A stretch of DNA of 64,000 nucleotides from the NCBI GenBank assembly GCA_029098165.1, contig JAQXNU010000206.1, positions 1,567 to 65,566 on the forward strand. The letters run 5' to 3'. The translations under genes were made by a program, and so were the position numbers. Under the pieces are notes generated by a model. That model made no database searches, had not been told where the DNA came from, and was given only the letters and a program-made list of their open reading frames with translations. Each line of letters starts with the position of its first letter. The first letter of the stretch is position 1. Positions 43,471 through 54,585 of the stretch are shown here, piece after piece. This DNA comes from Clostridiales bacterium (lineage in GTDB: Bacteria; Bacillota; Clostridia; Lachnospirales; Lachnospiraceae).

Positions 43471-45387
43471 GTGATAGAGAAGATGAAGTTTCTTAAAATT
43501 ACGGGTCCGAAAGAGGACATAGACCGTGTCATTAAAGAGTATCTCAAGACCTATGAGGTTCATATTGAAAACGCCATGACGGAGCTTAGCGACGTAAATG
43601 ATATCGTTCCTTATGTGGATACTTATAATGTTCGTGAAACCCTGCAGAAGTCGCAGGAGACGATCGAGCAGTTAAAACAGTTAGATGACATAAATAACGA
43701 AGTCAAGGCGATGAGTGTCGAAGACAAGAAGATGTCGATATCAGAATCCATCGATTATCTTGCAAAGATGCACATGCTGTTAGAAGACTTGGATACACAA
43801 AAGAAGGAACGCTTAGAAAAGATGGAAGCTATGAAGGAAAAGAAGAAAGCTTTGCTTCCTTTTAAAGATATTGATGTTTCCCTTTCTAAGTTAAAAGAAA
43901 ACAAATTTGTATTATGTCAGTTTGGCCGTATTGCCATCGATTATTACGAGAAAATGATGAAATATGTCTATGATGATATGAGCGTTTTGTTTATGGAGTG
44001 TGCAAACATCAAAGGGTATGTGTATGGTGTTTATTTTGCTCCAAGTACATATTTTATGAAGGCGGATGCGATTTTCTCTACTTTACACTTTGAAGATATC
44101 AAGATTCCAGAAGAATATACCGATTGCCCAGCAAAGATCCTTGATGACATGGATCAACAGATAACGACTTGGGAAAATGAGATTTTAAACTATGAAGAGC
44201 AAATGGTTGATGTACTTCGAAAACATGCGGCAGGATTTATCGTTGCATATGATATCTTAAAAGAATACAACGATAATGCAAGTATTCGTAAATTAGCTGC
44301 TTGTACGAAAGAAGAACATGAAGTTTACTACATTCTCTGTGGCTGGATGACGAAAAAGGACACCGAGGCCTTCCAGAAAGTAATCAAAGAAGATTCTTTG
44401 GTTAGCTGTTTTGTCGAAGATACGACAAAGAACTCAAAGTTAGTTCCACCTACTAAATTAAAGAATCCAAAGATCTTTAAGCCATTTGAGATGTTCATCA
44501 GAATGTATGGACTGCCATCGTATGGCGAATTTGATCCGACGATCTTCGTTGCGTTAACGTATTCCTTCTTATTCGGCATGATGTACGGCGATGTCGGTCA
44601 GGGATTGTGTTTAGTTGTTGGCGGATTCTTGTTGTATAAGTTAAAGAAACAGAATTTATGTGCAATCATGTCGTTAGCTGGTATCAGTTCCACTATCTTT
44701 GGTTTTATGTATGGTTCGATCTTCGGATTTGAAGATATAATAGAACCAATCTGGACGAACCCGATGAAAGATACATTGACCGTATTGATCACTGCCATTG
44801 CTTTTGGTATCGCACTAATCGTAATCGCGATGATCATTAACATCATCAATGGTATTCGTCAAAAGGATGTGAAAAAAATCTTCTTTGAGACCAATGGTGT
44901 TGCGGGTCTAGTATTTTACGGTACAGTGGTCGGGACAGCAGTCTTATTGGCAACTGGTCATACAATCAAAGCAATGGCACTTGTCATCATTATGATCGTT
45001 ATTCCATTGCTCCTTATCTTCTTTAAAGAGCCTTTAGCAAACCTCATTGAGAAGAAGAAACAGATCATTCCTGGAAGCAAAGGAATGTTCATTGTAGAAA
45101 ACGCATTCCAGTTAGTTGAAGTGCTACTTAGTTATATGACCAATACCATTTCGTTCGTCCGTGTTGGTGCGTTTGCATTAAGCCATGCAGGTATGATGTC
45201 CGTTGTATTGTTGTTGGCAGGTGCAAACAGTGGTCATCCAAATATGATCGTAATCATACTAGGAAACTTATTTGTAGCAGGTTTGGAAGGCTTGATCGTA
45301 GGTATTCAAGTATTACGTCTGGAGTATTATGAGATGTTCTCAAGATTCTATTCTGGAGCTGGACGAGAATTTAAAGCGAAGAATTAA
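43471..45387 (+). CDS. ntpI: V/A-type ATPase subunit I (a)
   Basis: PT.LKN..FE.F..MYG.P.YGEFDPT, FGMMYGDVGQG, SFVRVGAFALSH, LRLEYYEMFSRFY. Confidence 0.95.
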   Translation: MIEKMKFLKITGPKEDIDRVIKEYLKTYEVHIENAMTELSDVNDIVPYVDTYNVRETLQKSQETIEQLKQLDDINNEVKAMSVEDKKMSISESIDYLAKMHMLLEDLDTQKKERLEKMEAMKEKKKALLPFKDIDVSLSKLKENKFVLCQFGRIAIDYYEKMMKYVYDDMSVLFMECANIKGYVYGVYFAPSTYFMKADAIFSTLHFEDIKIPEEYTDCPAKILDDMDQQITTWENEILNYEEQMVDVLRKHAAGFIVAYDILKEYNDNASIRKLAACTKEEHEVYYILCGWMTKKDTEAFQKVIKEDSLVSCFVEDTTKNSKLVPPTKLKNPKIFKPFEMFIRMYGLPSYGEFDPTIFVALTYSFLFGMMYGDVGQGLCLVVGGFLLYKLKKQNLCAIMSLAGISSTIFGFMYGSIFGFEDIIEPIWTNPMKDTLTVLITAIAFGIALIVIAMIINIINGIRQKDVKKIFFETNGVAGLVFYGTVVGTAVLLATGHTIKAMALVIIMIVIPLLLIFFKEPLANLIEKKKQIIPGSKGMFIVENAFQLVEVLLSYMTNTISFVRVGAFALSHAGMMSVVLLLAGANSGHPNMIVIILGNLFVAGLEGLIVGIQVLRLEYYEMFSRFYSGAGREFKAKN

Positions 45388-45402
45388 TTTATTTAGGAGG
45401 AA

Positions 45403-45852
45403 ATGATTATGTTAATTAGTATAACAATTATCGCAGCCTTATTATTAAATTTCATCTTACCATTTGGTTATTTATTAAAGACAAAAGCAAAGAACAAAAC
45501 GAATGCAAAAGCAGTGTTAGGATTACAGATCTTTGTGTTCTTTAGTATCGTTGTGACAGCATCTATCTTTATCTTTGGTGCAACACCAAGCACAACCGCA
45601 TTAGCAGAAGGAACAGCAGAAGCAGCGAGTGCAGCAAGTTCTACCGATGGTTGGAAGTACTTAGCAGCTGCATTATCGACAGGTATTGGTTCCATCGGTG
45701 CTGGTCTTGCAGTTGCAAGTGCTGCTTCCGCTGCTTTGGGTGCCTTAAGTGAAGATTCATCTATCATGGGTAAAGCATTGATCTTCGTTGCTTTAGCAGA
45801 AGGTGTTGCTATCTATGGTCTGTTAATCTCCTTATTGATCTTATTCGCATAA
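45403..45852 (+). CDS. ntpK: V/A-type ATPase proteolipid subunit K (c), single hairpin with N-terminal extension
   Basis: AAALSTGIGSIGAGLAV...ALAEGVAIYGL with one conserved Glu. Confidence 0.92.
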   Translation: MIMLISITIIAALLLNFILPFGYLLKTKAKNKTNAKAVLGLQIFVFFSIVVTASIFIFGATPSTTALAEGTAEAASAASSTDGWKYLAAALSTGIGSIGAGLAVASAASAALGALSEDSSIMGKALIFVALAEGVAIYGLLISLLILFA

Positions 45853-45867
45853 ATTGGAGGGGATACA

Positions 45868-46176
45868 ATGAAAATGTATCTAATTAGTGATAACATTGAT
45901 ACGCTGACCGGCATGAGACTGGCCGGAGTCGATGGTGTTGTCATTCATTCCATGAAGCATCTGAAAGAGCAATTGGATTATGCATTTTCGGACCCTGAGA
46001 TCGGAATCATCCTGATCACAGAAAAACTTGGAAAACAGTTTCCTGATATGATAAAAGAAGTCAAGCTGCACCGAAGATTTCCATTGATCTGTGAGATTCC
46101 AGATCGTCATGGTACAGGAAGAAGTAAGGAATTCGTGTCGGACTATGTTAGTCAGGCAATCGGATTAAAATTATAG
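45868..46176 (+). CDS. V/A-type ATPase subunit F
   Basis: ISDNIDTLTGMRLAGV, IGIILITE, PLICEIP. Confidence 0.92.
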   Translation: MKMYLISDNIDTLTGMRLAGVDGVVIHSMKHLKEQLDYAFSDPEIGIILITEKLGKQFPDMIKEVKLHRRFPLICEIPDRHGTGRSKEFVSDYVSQAIGLKL

Positions 46177-46231
46177 AAGGAAATAGATATCATAGACAGT
46201 TATTGTTGTCTATTGTAGAAAGGACGCCATT

Positions 46232-46828
46232 ATGACAGTAAAAGAAAAACAAGAGTATTTTTATCAGATGGCAATCGAATCGGCAACTGCACAAAATGTC
46301 TCCATGGTAAAAGAGTATGAAGAGCAGCTTGCGAAAGAAAGCAAGGAACTAGAAGAACAGTTAAATGAATCTTATACCCGCAAGCTAAAGGCGACCAAAG
46401 AGAATCTGTTACGTGAGAACAATTCGAAGGTTTCCTTTAAGACGTTGGAGTTACGTCATGAGTATAACGAACAAAATGATCAACTGAAAGATGATTTATT
46501 TGAGCAGGTCAAAGCACAGGTGAAAGCGTTTTGTAAGACGGATACTTATCAGCAGAAGCTTTTAAATCAAATTAAAGCAATAGTTGATGATGCAAAAGGT
46601 CTTAAATGTAATGTGAAAGTAATGCCTCAGGACTATGAATTTGTCATGGCACAAAACTTACCAGTCAATATCAACGTGATTAAGAGTGACAAGGATTTTT
46701 GGGGTGGCTGCAAAGCATTTTTCGAGGAAAAGAAGATGGTGATCGACCATACCTTTGAGTATGAGTTTGAAGAGTGCAAGCAGAACTTCCAGTTTCATTT
46801 AACAAAAGAGACGGAGGTGAGAGCATGA
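46232..46828 (+). CDS. ntpE: V/A-type ATPase subunit E
   Basis: N-terminal coiled coil; WGGCK...IDHTF C-terminal motif; operon position. Confidence 0.85.
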   Translation: MTVKEKQEYFYQMAIESATAQNVSMVKEYEEQLAKESKELEEQLNESYTRKLKATKENLLRENNSKVSFKTLELRHEYNEQNDQLKDDLFEQVKAQVKAFCKTDTYQQKLLNQIKAIVDDAKGLKCNVKVMPQDYEFVMAQNLPVNINVIKSDKDFWGGCKAFFEEKKMVIDHTFEYEFEECKQNFQFHLTKETEVRA

Positions 46829-48588
46829 TTCAAGGTAAGATATCCGGCGTAAATGGTCCTGTAATCTACGTTAAAGACCAGATGGACTTTATGGTTGGTG
46901 AGATGGTTTATGTCGGAAATGAAAAATTAGTCGGCGAAGTAATCTCAGTTACGACTGAGTTCACAACGGTTGAAGTTTACGAGGATACGACTGGTTTGAA
47001 GGCTGGCGATATCGTCTATGGTACGGGCAGTGCGATGGCAGTTACGCTCGGACCGGGCATTATCAGTAATATTTTTGATGGAATCGAGCGTCCACTTGGT
47101 GAAATCGGCAAGAAGACAGGAAAATACATTGGCCGTGGTGTTTCAGTTACGTCTCTTGACGAAGAAAAATTATGGGATACCACGATGATGATCTCTGTAA
47201 ATGATGTCGTAAAAGCAGGACAGATCATCGCTACAGTCCCAGAAGGTCGAGCTGTCGTACATAAAGTTATGATTCCACCAGACATCTCAGGAAAAGTCGT
47301 AAGCGTTGTCGAAAATGGACAGTATAAAATTTGGGATACGCTTGCAGTTGTCGAAGACAGGCATGGAGAGAAACATAAGATTACAATGGCTCAAAAATGG
47401 CCGATTCGTGTTCCAAGACCATATGCAAGTCGTAGTTATGCAAATCGTCCACTCATCACGGGACAGCGTATCATTGATTCCCTATTTCCATTAGCAAAGG
47501 GTGGTACTGCAGCAATACCAGGTGGATTTGGTACTGGCAAGACAATGACGCAACATCAGCTTGCAAAATGGTCCGATGCGGATATTGTCATTTATATCGG
47601 ATGCGGAGAACGTGGAAATGAAATGACAGAAGTTTTGGAGGACTTTAAGAAATTAGTCGATCCAAGAACGCAGAACCCTTTACTGGATCGTACAGTGTTG
47701 ATCGCCAATACTTCCAATATGCCAGTAGCTGCTCGTGAAGCAAGTATTTATACGGGAGTTACACTGGCAGAATATTATCGAGATATGGGTTATCATGTAG
47801 CAATCATGGCTGACTCTACATCTAGATGGGCAGAAGCACTTCGAGAGTTATCCGGACGTTTGGAGGAGATGCCTGCCGAGGAGGGATTCCCTGCTTATTT
47901 GGCTAGTAAATTATCCTCGTTCTATGAACGAGCAGGTCATGTCAACACTTTGAGCCAGAAGGAAGGCAGCATCACAATCATCGGTGCAGTTTCTCCTCAG
48001 GGTGGTGATTTCTCCGAGCCAGTAACTCAGAATACAAAGCGTTTCATCCGTTGTTTCTATGCGTTGGATAAATCGCTTGCATATGCCAGACATTTCCCAG
48101 CCATTCAGTGGCTGACTAGTTACAGCGAGTACGTGGATGATTTGGCTACCTGGTACAACAAAAATGTGGATGAAAATTTTATGAATGATCGTAATGAAAT
48201 TCTTCGAATCTTGACGGAAGAAAGCAAATTAAACGAAATTGTAAAATTAATTGGTAGTGATGTATTGCCAGATGACCAGAAGCTGACCTTAGAGATCGCT
48301 CGCGTCATCCGTCTTGGATTCATTCAGCAGAATGCGTTCCACAAGGTGGATACGTATGTTCCACTTCGAAAGCAGTTCTTGATGATGGAGACAATTTTGT
48401 ATTTATATAAGAAGGCAGCAGCATTGGTTAAGATGAACATGCCAATGTCTTATATCCGTGAACATTCCATCTTTGATCATATCATTGCCATGAAGTACGA
48501 CACTCCAAATGATGATGATCAGCCATTTGAAACTTATCGCAAAGAAATCGATGCATTTTATGATCATTTTATCGAGACGAATGCATAG
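46825..48588 (+). CDS. ntpA: V/A-type ATPase catalytic subunit A
   Basis: GGFGTGKT P-loop, [34 protein letters not shown]. Confidence 0.98.
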   Translation: MIQGKISGVNGPVIYVKDQMDFMVGEMVYVGNEKLVGEVISVTTEFTTVEVYEDTTGLKAGDIVYGTGSAMAVTLGPGIISNIFDGIERPLGEIGKKTGKYIGRGVSVTSLDEEKLWDTTMMISVNDVVKAGQIIATVPEGRAVVHKVMIPPDISGKVVSVVENGQYKIWDTLAVVEDRHGEKHKITMAQKWPIRVPRPYASRSYANRPLITGQRIIDSLFPLAKGGTAAIPGGFGTGKTMTQHQLAKWSDADIVIYIGCGERGNEMTEVLEDFKKLVDPRTQNPLLDRTVLIANTSNMPVAAREASIYTGVTLAEYYRDMGYHVAIMADSTSRWAEALRELSGRLEEMPAEEGFPAYLASKLSSFYERAGHVNTLSQKEGSITIIGAVSPQGGDFSEPVTQNTKRFIRCFYALDKSLAYARHFPAIQWLTSYSEYVDDLATWYNKNVDENFMNDRNEILRILTEESKLNEIVKLIGSDVLPDDQKLTLEIARVIRLGFIQQNAFHKVDTYVPLRKQFLMMETILYLYKKAAALVKMNMPMSYIREHSIFDHIIAMKYDTPNDDDQPFETYRKEIDAFYDHFIETNA

Positions 48589-48606
48589 GAAGAAAGGAAT
48601 TAAGCT

Positions 48607-49974
48607 ATGGCAATAGAATATAGAGGAATAGCGAAAGTCAGCGGTCCATTTATTGTTGTGGAGGGTGTTTCTGATGCTTCCTTTGATGAAATCGTTGACA
48701 TTCGCTATCAAAATGGAAAACGTAAATTAGGTCGAGTCGTCGAATGTTATGAAAATCGTGCGGTTGTTCAGGTGTTTGAAGGAACGAACGATTTGTCTCT
48801 TTCCAATACATCCGTTCGTTTTACCGGACATCCAATGGAAATTGCCTTATCCAAAGATATGTTAGGTCGTGAATTTAACGGGGTTGGAGAACCAATCGAT
48901 GGACTTGGGGATATTGTTTCTGATATTAAGCGTAATGTAAATGGGGAGCCTTTAAATCCATGTGAGCGTGAGTACCCACGTAACTACATCCAAACGGGCA
49001 TTTCTGCCATCGATGGTCTGATGACATTGATCCGTGGACAGAAGCTTCCAATCTTCTCGGGCAATGGTTTACCACATGATGAACTCGCCGCTCAGATTGT
49101 TACTCAGTCCTCCCTTGGAGCTGACAACGATGAGAATTTCGTCGTCGTTTTTGCTGCAATGGGTGTAAAGTATGATGTTGCGGAATTCTTCCGTCGTAAG
49201 TTCCGTGAGACTGGAGCAATGTCTCACGTTGTTATGTTCTTGAATTTAGCAAATGATCCAGTTATTGAGCGTATCATTACTCCTAAGGTTGCGTTAACAG
49301 CCGCGGAGTATTTGGCATTTGAAGAGAACATGCATGTTCTTGTTATCTTAACAGATATGACTTCTTATGCAGAAGCACTTCGTGAAGTTTCTTCTGCAAA
49401 AGGTGAGATTCCATCCAGAAAAGGTTACCCGGGTTATTTATACAGTGAATTTGCTACGATTTATGAACGTGCTGGTATCGTTAAGGGTAGCAAAGGTTCC
49501 GTAACTCAGGTACCAATCTTAACGATGCCAAACGATGATATTACTCATCCAATCCCTGACTTAACCGGTTATATCACCGAAGGTCAGATTGTTCTGGATC
49601 GTGAGTTACATCAAAAGAACATCTATCCGCCAATCAATGTGTTGCCATCTCTTAGCCGTCTGATGAAGGATGGTATTGGCGAAGGTTATACAAGAAAAGA
49701 TCACAAAGACGTTGCTAACCAGGTATTTAGTTGTTATGCCCATGTTGGTGAGGCACGAAGCTTAGCAAGTGTTATCGGAGAAGAAGAGTTATCTCAAATG
49801 GACCAGAAGTATTTGAAGTTTGGGAAAGCATTTGAACAAGAATTCTTGTGCCAGTCGAAGGAAGAGAATCGTTCGATGGATGAGACATTGGCGTTGTGTT
49901 GGAAGCTGCTTCGAATGCTGCCGAAGGAAGAATTGGATCGTATCGATACGAAGTTGCTGGAGGAATATTATTAG
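48607..49974 (+). CDS. ntpB: V/A-type ATPase subunit B
   Basis: [44 protein letters not shown]. Confidence 0.98.
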   Translation: MAIEYRGIAKVSGPFIVVEGVSDASFDEIVDIRYQNGKRKLGRVVECYENRAVVQVFEGTNDLSLSNTSVRFTGHPMEIALSKDMLGREFNGVGEPIDGLGDIVSDIKRNVNGEPLNPCEREYPRNYIQTGISAIDGLMTLIRGQKLPIFSGNGLPHDELAAQIVTQSSLGADNDENFVVVFAAMGVKYDVAEFFRRKFRETGAMSHVVMFLNLANDPVIERIITPKVALTAAEYLAFEENMHVLVILTDMTSYAEALREVSSAKGEIPSRKGYPGYLYSEFATIYERAGIVKGSKGSVTQVPILTMPNDDITHPIPDLTGYITEGQIVLDRELHQKNIYPPINVLPSLSRLMKDGIGEGYTRKDHKDVANQVFSCYAHVGEARSLASVIGEEELSQMDQKYLKFGKAFEQEFLCQSKEENRSMDETLALCWKLLRMLPKEELDRIDTKLLEEYY

Positions 49975-50040
49975 GGATAGAAGGGTATAGCAAGTAAGAG
50001 ATGTACCCATAGACCTTTACTTAAAAAGGAGGTCGAGATT

Positions 50041-50661
50041 ATGAATCAAAATACCTTTCCTACGAAAGGAAATTATATATTAGCAAAGAATGCTCTTGCA
50101 TTAGCTCAGCAGGGCTATGAACTGATGGATAAGAAGAGAAATATCTTAATTCATGAGCTGCTTGATTTGATCAATTCTTCAAAAAATATTCAGGAAGAGC
50201 TAAATTCGACATTTAATGAAGCTTATCAGGCATTGGAGAAAGCAAATGTTGAAATGGGAATTCAGCATGTCGAAGAGTTTGCTCAAGCAGTGCCTTTGGA
50301 AAAATCGGTCCACATTAAGATGAGAAGTATTATGGGCACGGAGATACCTTTGGTTACCTATGATGCAAATCAGCAGAATGTACCTTCTTACGCATTTTAT
50401 GATACTCGTGTATCGTTAGATGAAGCTTGCAATAAGTTCAACAAAGTGAAGGCTTTGACGATGCAACTTGCAACAATTGATAACTCGGCATATCATCTGG
50501 CAATCAACATCAAGAAAACTCAGATGAGAGCGAATGCGCTAAAGAACATTACGATTCCGAATTATCTGAAGTTGACCAAGAGCATAGCAGAGAGTCTTGA
50601 ACAGAAGGACTTGGAAGAATTCACAAGGTTAAAGGTAATTAAGAAAAGAACAGAGAGATAA
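50041..50661 (+). CDS. ntpD: V/A-type ATPase subunit D
   Basis: PTKG, GYELMDKKR..L, KKTQ.RANAL..I.IP, EEF.RLK. Confidence 0.95.
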   Translation: MNQNTFPTKGNYILAKNALALAQQGYELMDKKRNILIHELLDLINSSKNIQEELNSTFNEAYQALEKANVEMGIQHVEEFAQAVPLEKSVHIKMRSIMGTEIPLVTYDANQQNVPSYAFYDTRVSLDEACNKFNKVKALTMQLATIDNSAYHLAINIKKTQMRANALKNITIPNYLKLTKSIAESLEQKDLEEFTRLKVIKKRTER

Positions 50662-50671
50662 GGGAAAATGG

Positions 50672-50821
50672 GGGCTGTGAAAAAACAGGACGAGAGATGA
50701 GGAGAGAGGAGTAGAAACACATTAAAATTTGGCTGCCTTTCCCTTGCAGCCGGTCTTAGCCAAATTTTTAATGTGTTTCTACTCCTCTCATGAACATTTT
50801 TTTCCTGTTTTTTCACAGCCC
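50672..50821. repeat. 150-nt long imperfect hairpin after the ATPase operon
   Basis: Perfect 19-bp outer arms (50672-50690/50803-50821) and 31/32-nt inner arms with one bulge (50704-50734/50758-50789). Confidence 0.85.
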
Positions 50822-50950
50822 TTTATTGTTCACAATAAGATGAATCACGTTATAGATTGACAAATGATAGAATAAGTGGAAATTTATACCGCAGTAGTAA
50901 AAACATAAGAAACAAACTTATATATTATTTAAAGGAAAGGAGAACGCAGC

Positions 50951-51043
50951 ATGAACGGATTAGGATATATACCATATCATAGCAGTGCATTAGTAAAAAC
51001 AGCACTAAAATTTTTTTTACGGGATTACTGCGCTCTTTTTTGA
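50951..51043 (+). CDS. Putative 30-aa attenuator leader peptide MNGLGYIPYHSSALVKTALKFFLRDYCALF
   Basis: Strong RBS GGAAAGGAG 8 nt before the ATG; lies upstream of a terminator and an MFS gene. Too short for the ORF track. Confidence 0.65.
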   Translation: MNGLGYIPYHSSALVKTALKFFLRDYCALF

Positions 51044-51074
51044 TAGAATTGTAGCACATAAGCAGTGATCTCGG

Positions 51075-51116
51075 AAACAGTTTAGTTGCCTTAAAGGTAA
51101 TTAGGCTGTTTTTTTT
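51075..51116 (+). terminator. Leader (attenuator) terminator before the MFS gene
   Basis: AAACAGTTTAGTTGCC-ttaaa-GGTAATTAGGCTGTTT, fully pairable with G-U, followed by a T tract. Confidence 0.8.
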
Positions 51117-51168
51117 CATGTCGATTTTAATAAAGATAACACATAAGAATGAAAAGGAGTCATTGACG

Positions 51169-52374
51169 ATGAACCATAGACGATTAGAACGAAATATAAG
51201 ACTAGATTATATTAATACTTTTATTACAAATTTAAATATGCAAAGTTCTATCTGGGTGTTATATCTTGCGTATTGTGGATTAAATCTGATGCAAATTGGG
51301 TTGCTAGAGGGACTTTATCATGCAACAAGTATTATTTGTGAAATTCCATCAGGGGCGGTTGCTGACCTAATCGGTCGAAAGAAAAGTATGGTACTGAGCA
51401 GAATATGTATTGCTATCTCATGCATCATTATGCTGCTTTCAAAGAGCTTTTGGCTTTTTGGGTTGAGTTTTATCATTCAGGCGTTGGGCAACAATTTCAA
51501 TTCAGGTTCTGAGGAAGCGTTAGTTTACGACAGTATGAAATGTCTCAACAAAGAGGAAGAGTATATGCGTGTCTATGGAAGATTGAATGTTATTGTTGAA
51601 GTGTCTCAGGCAATGGCAACTTTAATTGGTGGTATCCTTGCGGAAAAGTCATATATCTGGTGTTATGTTACCTGTGTTGTGATTGCTATGCTTGCCTTAG
51701 TACCAGTTGTTCTCATGGCGGAACCACTAATGGCTGATGGAGTAAATCAGAAAATGACCGACCAAGCATCTGACAAAGTCAACCTATCCCCGACACAAGT
51801 TATTGCGAAACACCTTAGAACAAGTTTTCAGATTTTGACAGGAGATAAACGGATTCTACGAATTATTACATATTATGCGGTTGTATTTGCGTCATATACT
51901 TTAATGTTCTTTTATAGTCAGCAGTACTATTCAGAGTTTGGATTAAATAAAATAGAAATCAGTATCATACAGTTATTTATTGGTGGCATTTCTTGTCTTG
52001 GAGCGATACTAAGTGAGAAGATCTTCAAGCAATTTGGAAACAAAATAGCCGACGTTGGTGCGTTAATGATTGCAGTAGCTTATATCTGTTATGGATGGAA
52101 TAATCTGGCGGTTTCAATTGCTGTATTTATGGCAGCTAGTTTTGCTAACTCTGTACTTTATCCTGTTCAGTCTGATGCCTTAAATAAACTGATTCCATCG
52201 GAGCAAAGAGCAACGCTGATTTCAGTGAACAGTATGTTCTTTTCGATAGCCATGATCATAAGTTTCCCAGCCGCAGGGGTTATGGCAGACCAGTTCGGAC
52301 TCAGTCGAGTATTTACTGTTATGGGGGGATTATTAGTATTATTTATTGGATTCTGGAAGTTTAGAAGAAAGTAG
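51169..52374 (+). CDS. MFS transporter
   Basis: CEIPSGAVADLIGRKKS motif A; SGSEEALVYD; P.EQRATLIS; about 12 TM. Confidence 0.92.
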   Translation: MNHRRLERNIRLDYINTFITNLNMQSSIWVLYLAYCGLNLMQIGLLEGLYHATSIICEIPSGAVADLIGRKKSMVLSRICIAISCIIMLLSKSFWLFGLSFIIQALGNNFNSGSEEALVYDSMKCLNKEEEYMRVYGRLNVIVEVSQAMATLIGGILAEKSYIWCYVTCVVIAMLALVPVVLMAEPLMADGVNQKMTDQASDKVNLSPTQVIAKHLRTSFQILTGDKRILRIITYYAVVFASYTLMFFYSQQYYSEFGLNKIEISIIQLFIGGISCLGAILSEKIFKQFGNKIADVGALMIAVAYICYGWNNLAVSIAVFMAASFANSVLYPVQSDALNKLIPSEQRATLISVNSMFFSIAMIISFPAAGVMADQFGLSRVFTVMGGLLVLFIGFWKFRRK

Positions 52375-52618
52375 ACAAGTGAGAAAGAAGGTATTTATGC
52401 AGAGAGCGTGGTTTAATTCATTGAAAGAAGAAAGATAGAAGTTCTAAAGCAAGTAACGTTCTGAGATGGAGTAGTAACATTGTATGGTATTCTGTGGAAC
52501 AATATGGTAAAATAACTAGAAACTATGATAGTAAGGTGAAAATGGATAACAAGAAGAAGTTGTTCATATATGCGAAGACTTACGGTTTCGAATAGTGATG
52601 TAAAGGGGGCGCTTTGCG

Positions 52619-53944
52619 ATGGTACATAAGCGGAAAGTATGGATGATGTGGATTGTGCTGGTCATGGTAAGCATGGCTTTGGCTTGCTGTAAGCATAAAA
52701 CAAAACAGGTGGATGAAAAAGTAGTGACACCTACTGTGTTGGCAATGCCAACGATAACAGAAGCCCCAAGCACGACTCCAACGTTTGCTCCAACGACAAC
52801 ACCTGTGCCAACACCGACCGAAGCAGCACCATGGCTTGGTTCACAAATCGATTCAATCATCCAGTTGCATCCAATTTATTCAAAATATCGAGTTGATCAG
52901 TTTGAATTTGGAGATATGTTCGTTTTGATCTTTCAACCACCAGAATCCAAGAGAGAGTTCTGTGAATTTTACTGTGATATCTGGGTAGTCGGAGAGCATT
53001 TTCAATCGCAGATAGTGACAAATTCCTATGTCGATTATGGAATGTTGAAAACTGGCGAGATCGAAGGAAAGACATATTTTCGATATGATCTTAGCTATCC
53101 ATCGGAGTCACTTTCCTATTTGTTAATGATGGACGAGAATCAGCAACTTCATCAAATCGGTTTAGGCGGCGAATTAATCTCTATCAACGGGAATAATCTG
53201 ACGGTTACCCATTCGACATACGATATGTGTTACATGAAAGCAGATGGCTATGCTTGTGGACATACTTGGAAACCGTACTATTACTATCTGGATGGATATG
53301 AACTGAAGGAGTATAGTAGCCATGAAATCAGAGAGCAGAATTTTAAGATTTATACGGGTTCCTTGGATGTAATTCAACATATTGTCGATGATTACAGTGA
53401 AGATAATGCAAAGTTGATCTTAAAATACATGGGGTGGGAGAATAAGCTTGTAACTGTGTCGATCGGTGTAGAAACCTTAAATGATATCAGCTACTATTAT
53501 GAGACTTATCAGATCAATGACGATCAGACGCTTACAAAGTTTGATTCGGGATATGGTACGTATGTTGGATTGATGTTAAATGAAAATCCTTATGTTCGAA
53601 TTTTAAATTATTCAAAGGAAGACAATACGATCGAGGTACAGATCGTGGAAGGGTTATATCCTTGGGAAGATAGAGACAAAAGAAGGCTTCAGGAAATGAT
53701 CGAAGAAGGACTCATTGTGGGTTCATCCGAGCTATGGACGTCGAAATTCTATCTTTATGAGGAACCAGAAAATGTGCTAACCTATCAGCTTTCCGAGGAA
53801 GTTTCAATTGTACTCCGTGACGAGGATACTTTTCAAAAAGAAGTAGGGAAAGAAGTCTTAGAAGAGGATTTGACACAGCATATTATGATGTTAACTTTGG
53901 TAGACAATGCGGTAACCATGATCAATGAGCCATATTTACCTTAA
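52619..53944 (+). CDS. Putative lipoprotein with a Pro/Thr linker and an unknown domain
   Basis: Basic N-terminus, hydrophobic stretch, ALAC lipobox-like site, TPT/APT linker. Confidence 0.7.
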   Translation: MVHKRKVWMMWIVLVMVSMALACCKHKTKQVDEKVVTPTVLAMPTITEAPSTTPTFAPTTTPVPTPTEAAPWLGSQIDSIIQLHPIYSKYRVDQFEFGDMFVLIFQPPESKREFCEFYCDIWVVGEHFQSQIVTNSYVDYGMLKTGEIEGKTYFRYDLSYPSESLSYLLMMDENQQLHQIGLGGELISINGNNLTVTHSTYDMCYMKADGYACGHTWKPYYYYLDGYELKEYSSHEIREQNFKIYTGSLDVIQHIVDDYSEDNAKLILKYMGWENKLVTVSIGVETLNDISYYYETYQINDDQTLTKFDSGYGTYVGLMLNENPYVRILNYSKEDNTIEVQIVEGLYPWEDRDKRRLQEMIEEGLIVGSSELWTSKFYLYEEPENVLTYQLSEEVSIVLRDEDTFQKEVGKEVLEEDLTQHIMMLTLVDNAVTMINEPYLP

Positions 53945-54056
53945 ATGATATCATTGGCAGTGTAGGATAGTAGAAAGGGATGATTCAGATTACAAGGGTT
54001 CGATTTAAAATTGTGTAAGAACTTTGTTTGAGAATCCGTTAAGAATAGGAGTAACT

Positions 54057-54575
54057 ATGAAGTATTTAAAGAAGAATTTTATTGGAATCGTATTATTCGT
54101 TGCGATCGATCAATTGATTAAGTTCATGATTTTGCAAAACTGTATGGAAGCAAACGTTCCATTGATATCAGATTTAATTGCGTTTCATCCGATTCGCAAT
54201 ACGAAATTATCTTGGGCAGGAAACTTTTTTAGCTTATCTCGCAATCCCATTTTTCTCTATACCTTAAATATATCTGCATTCGTACTTGTACCGTTGCTAT
54301 ATAATTATTATTGGAATACTAGTGTTCGCGAGACTAAGGTCGGAAGAATCTTTTTCTCAATGATCCTGGCAGGGATGATATGTAGTTTTGTCGATAAATT
54401 AGGCGGTGGAAGCATTGATTATATCCAAATAAAGAATTTATTTACGTTTGATCTCAAAGACTGTTATCTAAGCATATGGGAAGCGTCGATTTTTATCTAT
54501 TTTGTGACCCATTGGAGGACGATGAAGAATTTTAATATAAGAGATATTGCACAATATTATCGAAAGAAACAGTAA
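54057..54575 (+). CDS. Signal peptidase II (LspA)-like paralogue
   Basis: IDQLIK, RN, DK.GGGSIDYI..FTFDLKDCY with both candidate catalytic Asp; four TM. Confidence 0.75.
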   Translation: MKYLKKNFIGIVLFVAIDQLIKFMILQNCMEANVPLISDLIAFHPIRNTKLSWAGNFFSLSRNPIFLYTLNISAFVLVPLLYNYYWNTSVRETKVGRIFFSMILAGMICSFVDKLGGGSIDYIQIKNLFTFDLKDCYLSIWEASIFIYFVTHWRTMKNFNIRDIAQYYRKKQ

Positions 54576-54585
54576 GGAGTATGTT

